Under the pieces are notes generated by a model, which was given only the letters and a program-made list of their open reading frames with translations, was not told where the DNA came from and ran no database searches. The position numbers and the translations under genes are program-made. A DNA stretch of 62,804 nucleotides, the filler included. It is 5 parts of 5 records of this genome, joined end to end, with 100 filler letters (N's around TTAATTAATTAA, not from the genome) between each part and the next. Parts side by side here need not be neighbours in the genome. Positions count along the whole stretch, not along the records: positions 1 to 10,482 come from SRR2962707_3809; positions 10,583 to 23,013 come from SRR2962707_3810; 3 more parts are not named here. One strand, written 5' to 3'. Below, one piece after another: positions 7,959-18,194 of the stretch (positions are counted from its first letter, which is position 1; each line of letters starts with the position of its first letter).

Positions 7959-10364
7959 TCAGCGAACCTGATCGACGTCCTTTTCCGCCGCCGCGTCATC
8001 CAGCACATAAGCGATCACGGCATCGCGGCTCGGGCCCCGGGTGCCGATGGCGCTGTGTCCGCCGGCAACCACCAGCAGGATCTGCCGGCCGGTGTCGTCC
8101 AGATAGGTCATCGGTGTGGCGTGACCGCCAATGGGCAGATGGTCTTCCCATAGCGTGCGCCCGCTGGTGAGGTCGTAGGCGCGCACCTTGTTATCCAGGC
8201 CGCCGCTCATGAACGCCACGCCGCCGGCGGTGATGATCGGTCCGCCGATATCCGGCACGCCGATGGTCACCGGCAACGCGATCGGTGACGGGTAGCCGAT
8301 GGTGCCGTTGCGATGGCGCCATACCACTTCGCCGGTACGCAGATCGGCGCCGGCCACGTAACCCCAGGGCGGTTGCTGGCAGGGCAGGCCCAGTGGCGAC
8401 AGGAACGGTTTCATCTTCACCGCATAGGGGGCGCCATAGTTTTCGTTGGCGCCGGGCCCCCGTGAGGAAACATGGCGGCTATGGTCGTCTTTTCTGGGAA
8501 CCAGAGTGGAGACGTAGGCGAGATAGGAGGGCGAGGTGAATGCCACCTGGCGGACCGGATCCACCGCCAGGGCGCCCCAATTGAATACGCCGAAGTTTCC
8601 CGGGTAAATCAGGCTTCCTTGTTCCGAAGGTGGTGTATAACGGCCCTGGTACTGAAGCTGGCGAAAGCGGATGCGGCAAAATAATTGATCCACCGGCGTG
8701 GCGCCCCACATGTCCCGCTCACGCAATGGCGGTGGATTGAAGTTGAGGGCGGAGCTGGGCTGGCTGGTGGCCACGGTCTGATAACCGAGACTGGCCGGCG
8801 CCGGTTGTTCACGTACCGGCAACACCGGATCGCCGGTGCGGCGGTCGAGCACATAGATGTCGCCCTGTTTGGTCGGTTGCACCAGCACCGGCACGCGGCC
8901 CTGGGGGGTATCCAGGTCCAGCAGGCTGGGCTGTGCCGGTACATCCATGTCCCAGAGATCGTGACGCACGGTCTGAAACACCCAGCGCACCTTGCCGGTG
9001 GCCAGATCCAGCGCCACCACCGAGGAACTGAAACGTTCGGCATCGGGGTCGCGCTGTTCCCCCCATTGATCCGGAGTGTGATTGCCCATGGGCAGATAGA
9101 CCATGCCCAGAGCTTCGTCGACGCTGGCCACCGACCAACTGTTGGGACTGCTGGCGCTGTAGGTTTCGCCCTCCGGTAGCGGTTCGGTCCGTTCCGGGTT
9201 GCCGGGGTCCCAGTTCCACACCAGCCGGCCGTCGTCCACATCGTAGGCGCGGATGACACCGGAGGGCTGGGAGACGGAAACGTTGTCGCTGATCAGGCCG
9301 CCGATGATCACCAACTGGTCAGTGACCGCCGGTGGTGAGGATGGATAGTAGAGCGGCGGCTCGGGATTGGGCATGCCGTTCCAAAGGTTTACTTCGCCGT
9401 TGTCGCCAAACCGGGCGCACCGTTCACCGGTGTCCGCGTCGAGCGCGATGAGGCGGGCGTCGGCGGTTGGCAGGAACAGCCGTTGTTCACAATGCAGATC
9501 TTCCGGATCGATCAGGCTGTCCCGTTCGCTGCCGGTGGCGGCGAGCATTTCCTCTGGCTGTGGATTGGTGCGTTCCACCGTGGCCAGCGGCGGCTGACGA
9601 TGACCGGGGAAATAAGCCACGCCGCGACAGATCTGGCGCCGGCGATTGAGCTCCGGTTCGATGTCGGGATCGAAACGCCAGCGTTCCACGCCGGTGGTGG
9701 CGTCCAGCGCGATCAGCTCATGGCGCGGCGTGCACAGGTACAGGGTGTCGCCCACTTTTAGCGGCGTGGCCTCGAACGTGGTGGTGTCGGTATCGCCGGT
9801 ATGGAATACCCAGGCCCGGCGCAACCGGGTCACGTTGTCGGGGGTGATTTGCGTCAATGGCGAATACCGCTGGCCCAAGGCGGTACGTCCGTAGGCGTGC
9901 CAGTCTCCTTTGGGTACCAACTCGGAGTGGCCGGCGTCCGGGCTGACCGGGCCGGGCAGCTCTCCGTTCAGATCATGGGGGTCCTGATAGTAGCCGACAG
10001 CGGCAACCGCCGTGCTCAGCAAGACCGCCAGCAGCAAGGGCGCGCGCCCGCCCCGGATCGGGGACGTCACGCCGGGAATCACCAGCAGCAAACCAAACAG
10101 CACCAGCAATGCGCCGCGTGGCGCCAGGGCCCACCAGTCCAGTCCTGCCTCCCACAGGCTCCAACCGAGGGTGCCGATCAACAGTAGAGCGTAAAGACCA
10201 AGGGCGCTGCGCCGCTTCATCAGCAGCAGCAAGGCGCAAAGCACCAGCACCGCGCCAGCCACCAGGTAATAGGGGCTGCCATTCAGGGATACCAGCCAGC
10301 CGCCGCCGGCGGTCATGGCCAGACCCAGCAGTAGTATCAGCAGGGCGATCACCACACGAATCAC
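7959..10364 (-). CDS. gcd: Membrane-bound PQQ-dependent dehydrogenase (glucose/quinate/shikimate family)
   Basis: N-terminal TM bundle, DWHAYGRT..GQRYSPL, HDLWDMDVPAQP, PCQQPPWG, ATPMTY. Confidence 0.93.
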   Translation of the reverse strand: MIRVVIALLILLLGLAMTAGGGWLVSLNGSPYYLVAGAVLVLCALLLLMKRRSALGLYALLLIGTLGWSLWEAGLDWWALAPRGALLVLFGLLLVIPGVTSPIRGGRAPLLLAVLLSTAVAAVGYYQDPHDLNGELPGPVSPDAGHSELVPKGDWHAYGRTALGQRYSPLTQITPDNVTRLRRAWVFHTGDTDTTTFEATPLKVGDTLYLCTPRHELIALDATTGVERWRFDPDIEPELNRRRQICRGVAYFPGHRQPPLATVERTNPQPEEMLAATGSERDSLIDPEDLHCEQRLFLPTADARLIALDADTGERCARFGDNGEVNLWNGMPNPEPPLYYPSSPPAVTDQLVIIGGLISDNVSVSQPSGVIRAYDVDDGRLVWNWDPGNPERTEPLPEGETYSASSPNSWSVASVDEALGMVYLPMGNHTPDQWGEQRDPDAERFSSSVVALDLATGKVRWVFQTVRHDLWDMDVPAQPSLLDLDTPQGRVPVLVQPTKQGDIYVLDRRTGDPVLPVREQPAPASLGYQTVATSQPSSALNFNPPPLRERDMWGATPVDQLFCRIRFRQLQYQGRYTPPSEQGSLIYPGNFGVFNWGALAVDPVRQVAFTSPSYLAYVSTLVPRKDDHSRHVSSRGPGANENYGAPYAVKMKPFLSPLGLPCQQPPWGYVAGADLRTGEVVWRHRNGTIGYPSPIALPVTIGVPDIGGPIITAGGVAFMSGGLDNKVRAYDLTSGRTLWEDHLPIGGHATPMTYLDDTGRQILLVVAGGHSAIGTRGPSRDAVIAYVLDDAAAEKDVDQVR

Positions 10365-10372
10365 GAAGCACC

Positions 10373-10482
10373 TCCTAGAGCCTGTTCACGATCTTTACGC
10401 CAGCGCAACCCGAAGGGCCGGGTCCCTCTTGTGCCCTCCGGGTATTTGCCGTCAGACCGCGATTACGCTTGTTTATGTAGAA
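10373..10482. repeat. Probable dispersed repeat/MITE end at the contig break
   Basis: TCCTAGAGCCTGTT at 10373-10386 is the exact reverse complement of positions 20-33. Confidence 0.5.
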
Positions 10483-10582
10483 NNNNNNNNNNNNNNNNNN
10501 NNNNNNNNNNNNNNNNNNNNNNNNNNTTAATTAATTAANNNNNNNNNNNNNNNNNNNNNNNNNNNNNNNNNNNNNNNNNNNN
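10483..10582. other. Assembly spacer (N44-TTAATTAATTAA-N44)
   Basis: Six-frame stop linker at 10527-10538. Confidence 0.99.
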
Positions 10583-10605
10583 GAGAGAGAGAGAGAGAGA
10601 GAGAG
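10583..10605. repeat. (GA)n microsatellite at a eukaryotic contig end
   Basis: Direct reading. Confidence 0.9.
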
Positions 10606-11127
10606 TTTGTGAGTGAGTGAGTGAGACGCAGACAGAGGGACACGGACAGAGGGACACGGACACAGATTGGCGAACTCGAACGAACGTTGAAACGCACAAT
10701 GTGCGGCTCGCTGGAGACTCACCCGCTATCGGTTTTATTAAAGACGGTGGGGTGGGGTGGGGTGGGGTGGGGGACTCTCTCGGGTTGCTGGGTTGCTGCT
10801 GGCGACGAACAACAACGAGGATCCGGGTGAGTGGAGGGGACTTCGAAGGGTGGTGGAGTGCGCTGTGGACGACACGAAGTAAAGCATGTGGTGGAGTTGT
10901 CATTCGCTTCGGATTTTGTTGCTGCGCTTGCAGTTTAGCCTTCATTCTCTCTTGTTATTTTTATTTTATTTTATTTTTATTTTTTCCGCTTTCGTGTTTC
11001 GTTTTCAGCGCAGCACTTTTGCGGGCAGCAGCTGCTGCCTTTCTCGTGGCTGGTTGATGCCGGGGATCGGTGGTTGATCTCACGCTCACTCGGCCCGTGC
11101 ACTCGCAAGTGCTTTGTTGTCTGAAGT

Positions 11128-14100
11128 ATGGACGAGCAGAACTCGGAAGCAGACAAGCAGCTCACTTCGAATGCAACCAAGGGGCGCAGCAACGAAGTTC
11201 TTGGGGTTGGAAGCGGTGGTGGTGGTGGTGGTGGTGGTGGTTCAGAAGGTGCCGTCCAGCCCCCGTTGCCACACCCCCAGAAATCGCAGGCGCAGCGATC
11301 ACAACGTTGTCCACATTGCCGCCGCAAGTTTGGATTGTTTTTGAAGCGCAAACAATGTGGACGCTGCGAGCAGAAGAACTACTGCAAAGCCTGCCTTGTC
11401 CCGACGACTTTGCTGACTCTCCCCGATGGGTCACGCTTGACGAAGCAGCGCATGTGCCGTCCCTGTAATCTGGCGGTAAAAATTCCAAGGCTTAAAAAGT
11501 TGCGAAAGCTTCTGAACAGCGCAATAAATGCCGGCGGAGCATACCCCCTTACGTTTCCGGTCGAGACCGCTGATGGATGGCACAAGCTGTACTGGATCGT
11601 TCACTCTGAGCTTCGCAAGATTCAGCGATTCAACAATGATGCAGAATCTTTGAACATTTTTGATCCCGCTGCCCCAACATGGAGTTCATGCATTGACGAA
11701 ATTTACTCGTTGTCCAACCAGTCGGCGTCCTTGTCTGTGATGCAGTTGAAAAACCAAATCTACGTTCAGAAATTGTACCTGTTGCAAACGGACTCCGTTG
11801 CGTACTTGAAGATTGCCGAATGCATCGCCAAATTTCAAAACGCTGCCCCAGGAGAACGGCGACAAGTTTTGCGGTACCTCATGCAAATCATTTTTTCGAA
11901 GATGAAGTCCCTGCTCTTGGGATTGCTTCAGCATGAGGTGGCATTTCGCATTCGACTTGCACTGCCGGGCGAAACGCGCTTGGCAGACTTCTTCCTACAA
12001 TGGTTCATTTTTGGAGACCGCAAAGTTTTGCAGTCGTTACTGCAACTGTTCCTTCATGCCAAACATGACCCGCTTGGCTTCTCTGCATGGCTACGCACTT
12101 TTGGTCGCACGCCTGCCGAGGCTGAAATTACTCTGAACGAATTGGCGACCGGGTATCACGTGTTTTCTTGCGCGAAGCGCCCCGAGCGTGAGCAGCCGCG
12201 CCCTCGCCCATCACTGTCGGCCAGATTGAAGCGGGAAATTGAGGCCAAGGTACGCAAAAGGTTGCCTTTTGTGATTTGCTTTGCCCTCGTCACTGTTTGC
12301 GGCATCTTGTGATTTTTGGGCACAATTGTCGGAATGTTGTTGGGTCCTTTGCAGACAAAAAGCATGGGCGACACGGTAAATGGACACAAAGACCTCTTGT
12401 CTGTGTTGTTTGCGCTCATGCGCGATCGTATCAGGGAAGGAAAAGCAGGCCGCCGTATCAAGAACATCTCCAACTTTATAAAAGGATTTCTCCTTGCGGC
12501 GAACGGTGCGTATGCCTGCTCTTGCCGGACAACGCATTTTGCGAAAAATCCAAACAAATCACATGCTGACTGTGCACTTTTGGATAACGACAACGTAGGT
12601 GCAGATTTGGAGGACGGAGAACGTCAGCGCGATAAAGTGCAGTTTCATGACATGAAGCAATACACCAGCCGTGCCGACTCGTCATTGTTGTTTTACACAC
12701 GATGCGCTGTCGCCGTGTACGGTCCCCTCCTTCTCAACAGCGTTTTTTATAAGCACTATCCACCGGTCCGTTTTTCTTTCTTGACTTTCCATGCGAAGCA
12801 AGCGCTCTATGGGTGTCATTGTTGCCATGTGTCGCTCACGACATGCACGATTATTGTTGCAGGCAAACATAAGTGCTGCCAAGGGTCAGGGGACACCATT
12901 CCAGTATAACCTCATATTCCAACACACTGGTATCCACCGTCACCAAATCATTCACGCTCAATGGGGAGCCTACGACTTCAATCCGCCGCATTTTGTGGCC
13001 GTGGTACCTCACAGACATGAAGTGCTTGTTGCAATCCGGGGCTCAATGAACCTCCGAGACGCCATCACCGATGTTATGGCTGCAGAGCTTCCGTTTCCAG
13101 GCTCTCCGAAGTCGTTGACTCATGCCGGATTTTTGCTTGCTGCACGTGTCAAGTTGAGCATTCTCGGGTTTGTCTCGCTGTTATTTTCCCCGTCGTGCCC
13201 GGAACTGATCTTGTGTGTTTAGTTCATTGACAAAGTGACCATGTTTCTCCGGTCTGCGCGCACTAGGCCTCTTCTTGCTGATGTGATGCGGCGAAACCTA
13301 AGCTTGCGACGAGTGGTCATAGTCGGGCACAGTTTGGGGGCAGCTATCACTACTCTCATGGCCCTTCTCCTGAAACGCAGGTACCCGCAAATTTCCGTTG
13401 CGGCGTACGCAATCGCAAGTCCACCCGTTCTCAGCATGCCGCTGGCACGTGATATTCTCGAGGAGGTAAGTTCATAATCCATCCCACGACGCTGCAGCCA
13501 CTTTGTGAATGAAAGTTGACGCCCGCGTAAGGTTGCATCGCTTGCATATCCTTGCACTTCATGCTCCATGATTCTGTATTGGTTGGCAGGTGGATGTTCG
13601 GTCGTACGTTTTTCGTCACGACCTTGTACCCAGACTGTGCCTTGCATCTTTAGACATGCTGAAGGAACGAGTGTCCAAGGCTCTTGGATCAGGAAAAGAA
13701 CTCATTGCGCAGATCCTCGACAAAAAGAAACGGGAGCGCAAGCTTGACAAGAAACGGCGAGCCGCAGACAAGCAGGTATGTGGGCATTCAATCCAGTTTG
13801 TTTGGAGGTGTCATGAAAGTTGCAGATCAGATCATATGTAAACGTACTGAGAATATCTTGTCTGGGGTTCTGTTGTGCAGCTGATGAGTAAGGAATTGAA
13901 CGAGATGGAGCAAGCTGACCGGAAACACTTCCACAGCGACGACGATGACAATGATGGTGACGATGGGAATCGTGCTGACGAAGACGATGACGACGAGGTG
14001 GAGGTTGACGAGATGGAATTTTCTGATATTGTCAACGATGATGGTATTTTCGACGGAGACAGCGTTGCAAGTGATGACGACGGCCACCACACACCGACAA

Positions 14101-17100
14101 GCGACAGGTTATCGAAGCACAGTGGTTTGAAATCCCGCAGTGATTCTTCATCGAGTGGCAGTCTTGGCAGTAAAAACGAGGACAAAGTGGAGCAGGTCCG
14201 ACTGCAAAGCTCAAGCAAGCTTGGCTCGGCTTTGCATCTGAAACTGCGCGCAAGTATGAGTGCTGATGGTGTCGCAAGTTCTACTTCTGCCAAAAAAATG
14301 CTGCGCCGCGGATCGCACAATAGCTCGTTTTCACAAAGGAATACGCCAGAATCGCGTTTGTGGATTGCCGCAGCTCGTGGTCAAGAGTGGAACGTTTCCC
14401 GTGAGTTGCGCCGCGGTGCCCACATTGTTAATCTCCCAGACCAGTTTGCAATGATGATGACAGAATCAGCTGCACAGCACGAAGACAGAGGCCGTTTGTT
14501 CGCTAGCCGCGCTGACGCGTCTCTCGAAACGAACGCCCTTCATCAGGCTATTTCGAGTACTTTGCTGTTTTCGCAAGAGCGTTGGAGTGCAAATGATGAT
14601 CGAAGCAGTGGCGTCAGCGGTCTTGAAAGCAACACGGACGGAGAGGACAGCTCTGGAGTAGACAGCCCGAGAAATAGTTTACGTCGAAGTCCATCACATT
14701 CCTTTGGCGTTGGGAAGAAGCAATTTGGATTCAAACGGCGATCGTCAATCGACCAACCAACGACTTCAGAAATCAATACTTGTTCTATTCTTGCATTGCT
14801 GCTTGATGCTTTTCCAGAGTCCATCTCCTTCTCAGATCAGAGCGGCCACCAGCCAATTCACTATGCAGCCCGACTGGGCCTCAAAGTTGTTGTACGGTTT
14901 CTTCTTGAGCGCAAGGCAGATCCCAATGCTTGTCCGCCTGCGGATACTCTCCGAGTTGGATCACGGCGTGGTGTTGGTAGCTCCAGCCTGCATACGCCAC
15001 TGCGTGCCAGCCCCAACAAGGTAGGCGGAGGCGTCGGTCACCGCCGCTATACTCCACTCCATTATGCAGTGCTCAAACAAGATTCTTTTGTAGTCGCGTT
15101 GCTGCTCGCGTACAAAGCAGACCCTGATGAAACTGATCACGACCCTCACAGGCCACAGTCTGCTCTTGCTCTTGCCAAAGTGCAGCGCGACCAAACAATG
15201 TACCACATTCTAAGCGGAGATAGTAACGACGTGCTCGATGCCGTATTGTCGCGCTCGCAGCACCGTCCAGTGATCAGCACCCGACTTCCCACGGCACATG
15301 AAGTGGATGACAGCAATATTGCGATGGAGCACGCTGGCGATAGTGCTTCCTCAGATGGCAATGATTTGCACAATCAGCTTGTGCCCTCGATTACCACCAA
15401 AACAAACGTCAAGGACCAGTCTGATGACGACAAGTCGTCAGATGTCGACGAGGAGCTAGTTTCATCCATGTTGGATCGCATTCATGTGGCTGACCCTAAA
15501 ACTGCTTCTCTTCCCAATGAACCTGACACTGGGATAGGTGCGGAAACTGCGGTTCCTCCGCACTTGACAGATGTGCTATCAAGGACTCGAATTGAATCCG
15601 GCCCCGACCGGGGCAAGGCCGTGCCTACCCCAGCCATTGGACGCATGTACAGTGATGGAACACCTGTTGATCTCATCCGCGAGATGGATGACACAGAGCG
15701 CATACTTTCGTCTGCGAGTGACAGTGAGGATGCACTCGAAGCGGCAGGCCTTTCCGGTCGACCTTCCCCACGGCGCAATCCTGATGGGCGCCGCGGTCGT
15801 CGTACAACTGCCACTGTCACTGAGAAAAAACGCGTATTTTTGTACGTTGCAGGGCGATGCTTTCGAATCGTGTCACATGAAGAGTTGCGCAAGTGGAAGT
15901 CTGATGACCAAATTGCCGCTGAGAATACACGCAGCGTTGAGCACACTGGTATTAGTACAACCTTGGTGGACAATCGGTCTGCGAACACATTCTTGAATTT
16001 GCGCACCCTTTTTGACGAACCCACTGTGCCAGCGTCTTCTATGCCAGACTTGCTCAGTTCTCTACGGTCCAACACAGATATACCTCCCCATATCAATCGG
16101 AGTAGCATGTCAGCGCCTGGGCCAGGAGTGGAGGGTGCCATTGGCACGTCTGCCAACGGTGCCTCATCGGAATCATTGACTGCATCCTCATCATCCAGGC
16201 TAGCCCCAAACTCAACCAACGCACTTGCCAATGAGGAGTCGGCCGGCGGTCCATGGGTGAGGAATCGCAATGCCAAAGGTGCGTACGTGGGGGAGGGGGC
16301 CGATCATGGTCGCAATGGGCTTAGCGCGGACTTCAATGACTCAAGTTGCGTGGCGTCCACGACTAGCCGTCGATTCTCTGCCTCGGAGCGCGCGGGCGGT
16401 CGCATTCGCAAACCGTCCGAAAAGAAAAAAAGGCGCTCAATAGGACGCTTCACAAGCCTGCATCAAAGCTCTGCTCCATCGTTCCATCATGTGGATGTCG
16501 GCCTGGGTGGTGGTTACTTAGTGGAAGTATCTCGACAACACAATCCCGAAAAAATGGTTGATGAGGATGGAAGGGAAATCGAGGAAGATTATGGATGGCT
16601 TCGAGGCATCAAATTAAGTCGTCACATGTTTTCCGACCACATGCCCAACCGATATGAAAAACGGATCCAAGACTGCTCACGCCCGCAGGTCGAGGCCAGT
16701 GGTTGGGTGCGCATGTCCACCGCATTTGGAAGCAAGGGATCGTACGGGACCAAAAAGCGTCGCTATTTGACTATGACTCACGAATATGCCATGGATTTTG
16801 ACAAAAGCAAGGACAGCCAGCGAAAGGATAGTTTTCGCCAGAAACCTTCCACAACCACGACTGACCACGAGAGGTCTGCTACATCTGCAGCAACCACGCT
16901 TTCTAAAATGCGAATCCGTCGACGCCATTCTCAAAAGCTGAAACGACGGCAGTGTGCTGTCCTCCGCGCGTACAAGACTGACCAATGGTTCCGCCGCCCA
17001 AACTTTGCAACGAAGGACTGTCTGTGTCTCTTTCTATCTGGTTTTGCTGAAAAGAAGCGGGGATACCGATCCAGTGAAAGACGCGCGTCTCAGCTCGACT

Positions 17101-18068
17101 TAATGTCAGCGGCGAGCGTTCAATTTCCTCCGACGTCCCCAACGTTGGAAACGGAAGCGGTTGCCACGAGCAGCAATGGCGCACGTCCTGGGACGAAACC
17201 CGCGAAGGAGTCATCTGCGAAGGACGCATGGAATGAGCAGGATTCGAGCGAGCTTCAGTTTGAACCTTTGGACAATGGCCTCGTACAGGTCACGCAACCA
17301 CGGCCCGGAGTACTGCGTGTTGTTCAGTCACTAGAAGCATGGTTGCTGTCTAACGAAGTAGCATATGACGGTCAAAACCGACGCTTTGCGGGTCTCTTCG
17401 AGCAAAAGAAATACACTGGGTTCGAGCTGGAGGAAGGACAATCGGGACCGAACCCGGACAGTGCAGAAAAGGACGGACCGGCAGCGGGGTTGCTGACGCC
17501 ATCAGATTCAGTGGCTGGGGATGGAAAAGAGCTTCCGTTCGAGATGGCTCGACACATTGTCCATTGCCTTGAGCTACGTACGTTGAAGGAATGGCAACGG
17601 TTCCTCTTCAGTAAAACCAGTGAAACTTGGTTTAAAATGCTTGAGTCGAAAAACAACAACCGAACCAGGACAGGGAGCTTTGTTGGATCCGAGAAAGCTG
17701 GTGGTTTTCGAAGGCCAAGCTCAGCTGGCAACGTCGATGATGATTTAACGAATGACGTGTCTAATAACTTTGACCACGAAGAAATAGACTGGGACCTTCA
17801 GGTTTCAATCTTCAAGATTCCTTGCCGGCCAGATAGAGCTTATGCTCAAACAGGTTGGAAAGGATGGGCGGACTGGCTCTGCCAGAACAAGCATGCGGAG
17901 GTGGACGTCATTACGACGGACATTGAGTTCGTTTCTCTGGAGCCACCATCTTCGTCGCACCAAAAGCGCGGCGAATTGGTCGATGCCCAAACGCCATTCG
18001 AGGACTGGTGTGCGTTCATTGCCGAGAGCATGGTTGGGAATCTCAATCCTGTTGAGGAGCATGCATGA
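11128..18068 (+). CDS. Eukaryotic 6-exon gene (~2144 aa): FYVE-like Zn finger, class-3 (DAG-lipase-like) lipase, ankyrin repeats, PH-like C-terminus
   Basis: Exons 11128-12249, 12355-12765, 12863-13147, 13223-13465, 13590-13775 and 13881-18068 join in frame across GT-AG introns. Motifs: CPHC..KFGLF..RKQCGRC, AIRGS, HAGF, VGHSLG, HDLVPR, FSDHMP, PIHYAARLG, TPLHYAV. Confidence 0.8.
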
Positions 18069-18194
18069 GCAGTGTTGGAACCAAGTATTCGAGCGAAACA
18101 TGACAAAACTGGGTGTTTTGTGTTTGTTAAATTTAATTGACGTGCTTGTGGTACCAGCACATTCCCTTCAAGTAATGAGATCCATTGAGCAAGT

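Noticed and set aside
7103-8008. Long antisense or overlapping ORFs in the GC-rich contigs (also 1339-2055, 30740-31696, 46902-47987, 59319-59978)
   Set aside because: Shadow frames of well-supported genes, with no motifs or RBS
10527-10538. TTAATTAATTAA as a biological repeat or operator
   Set aside because: Identical six-frame stop linker centred in each 100-bp gap
10617-11057. ORFs across the microsatellite/T-rich start of contig 2
   Set aside because: Low-complexity non-coding sequence, probably promoter, UTR or intron
11128-13884. Fragmented ORFs read as a frameshifted pseudogene or alternative genetic code
   Set aside because: GT-AG introns restore a single frame under the standard code
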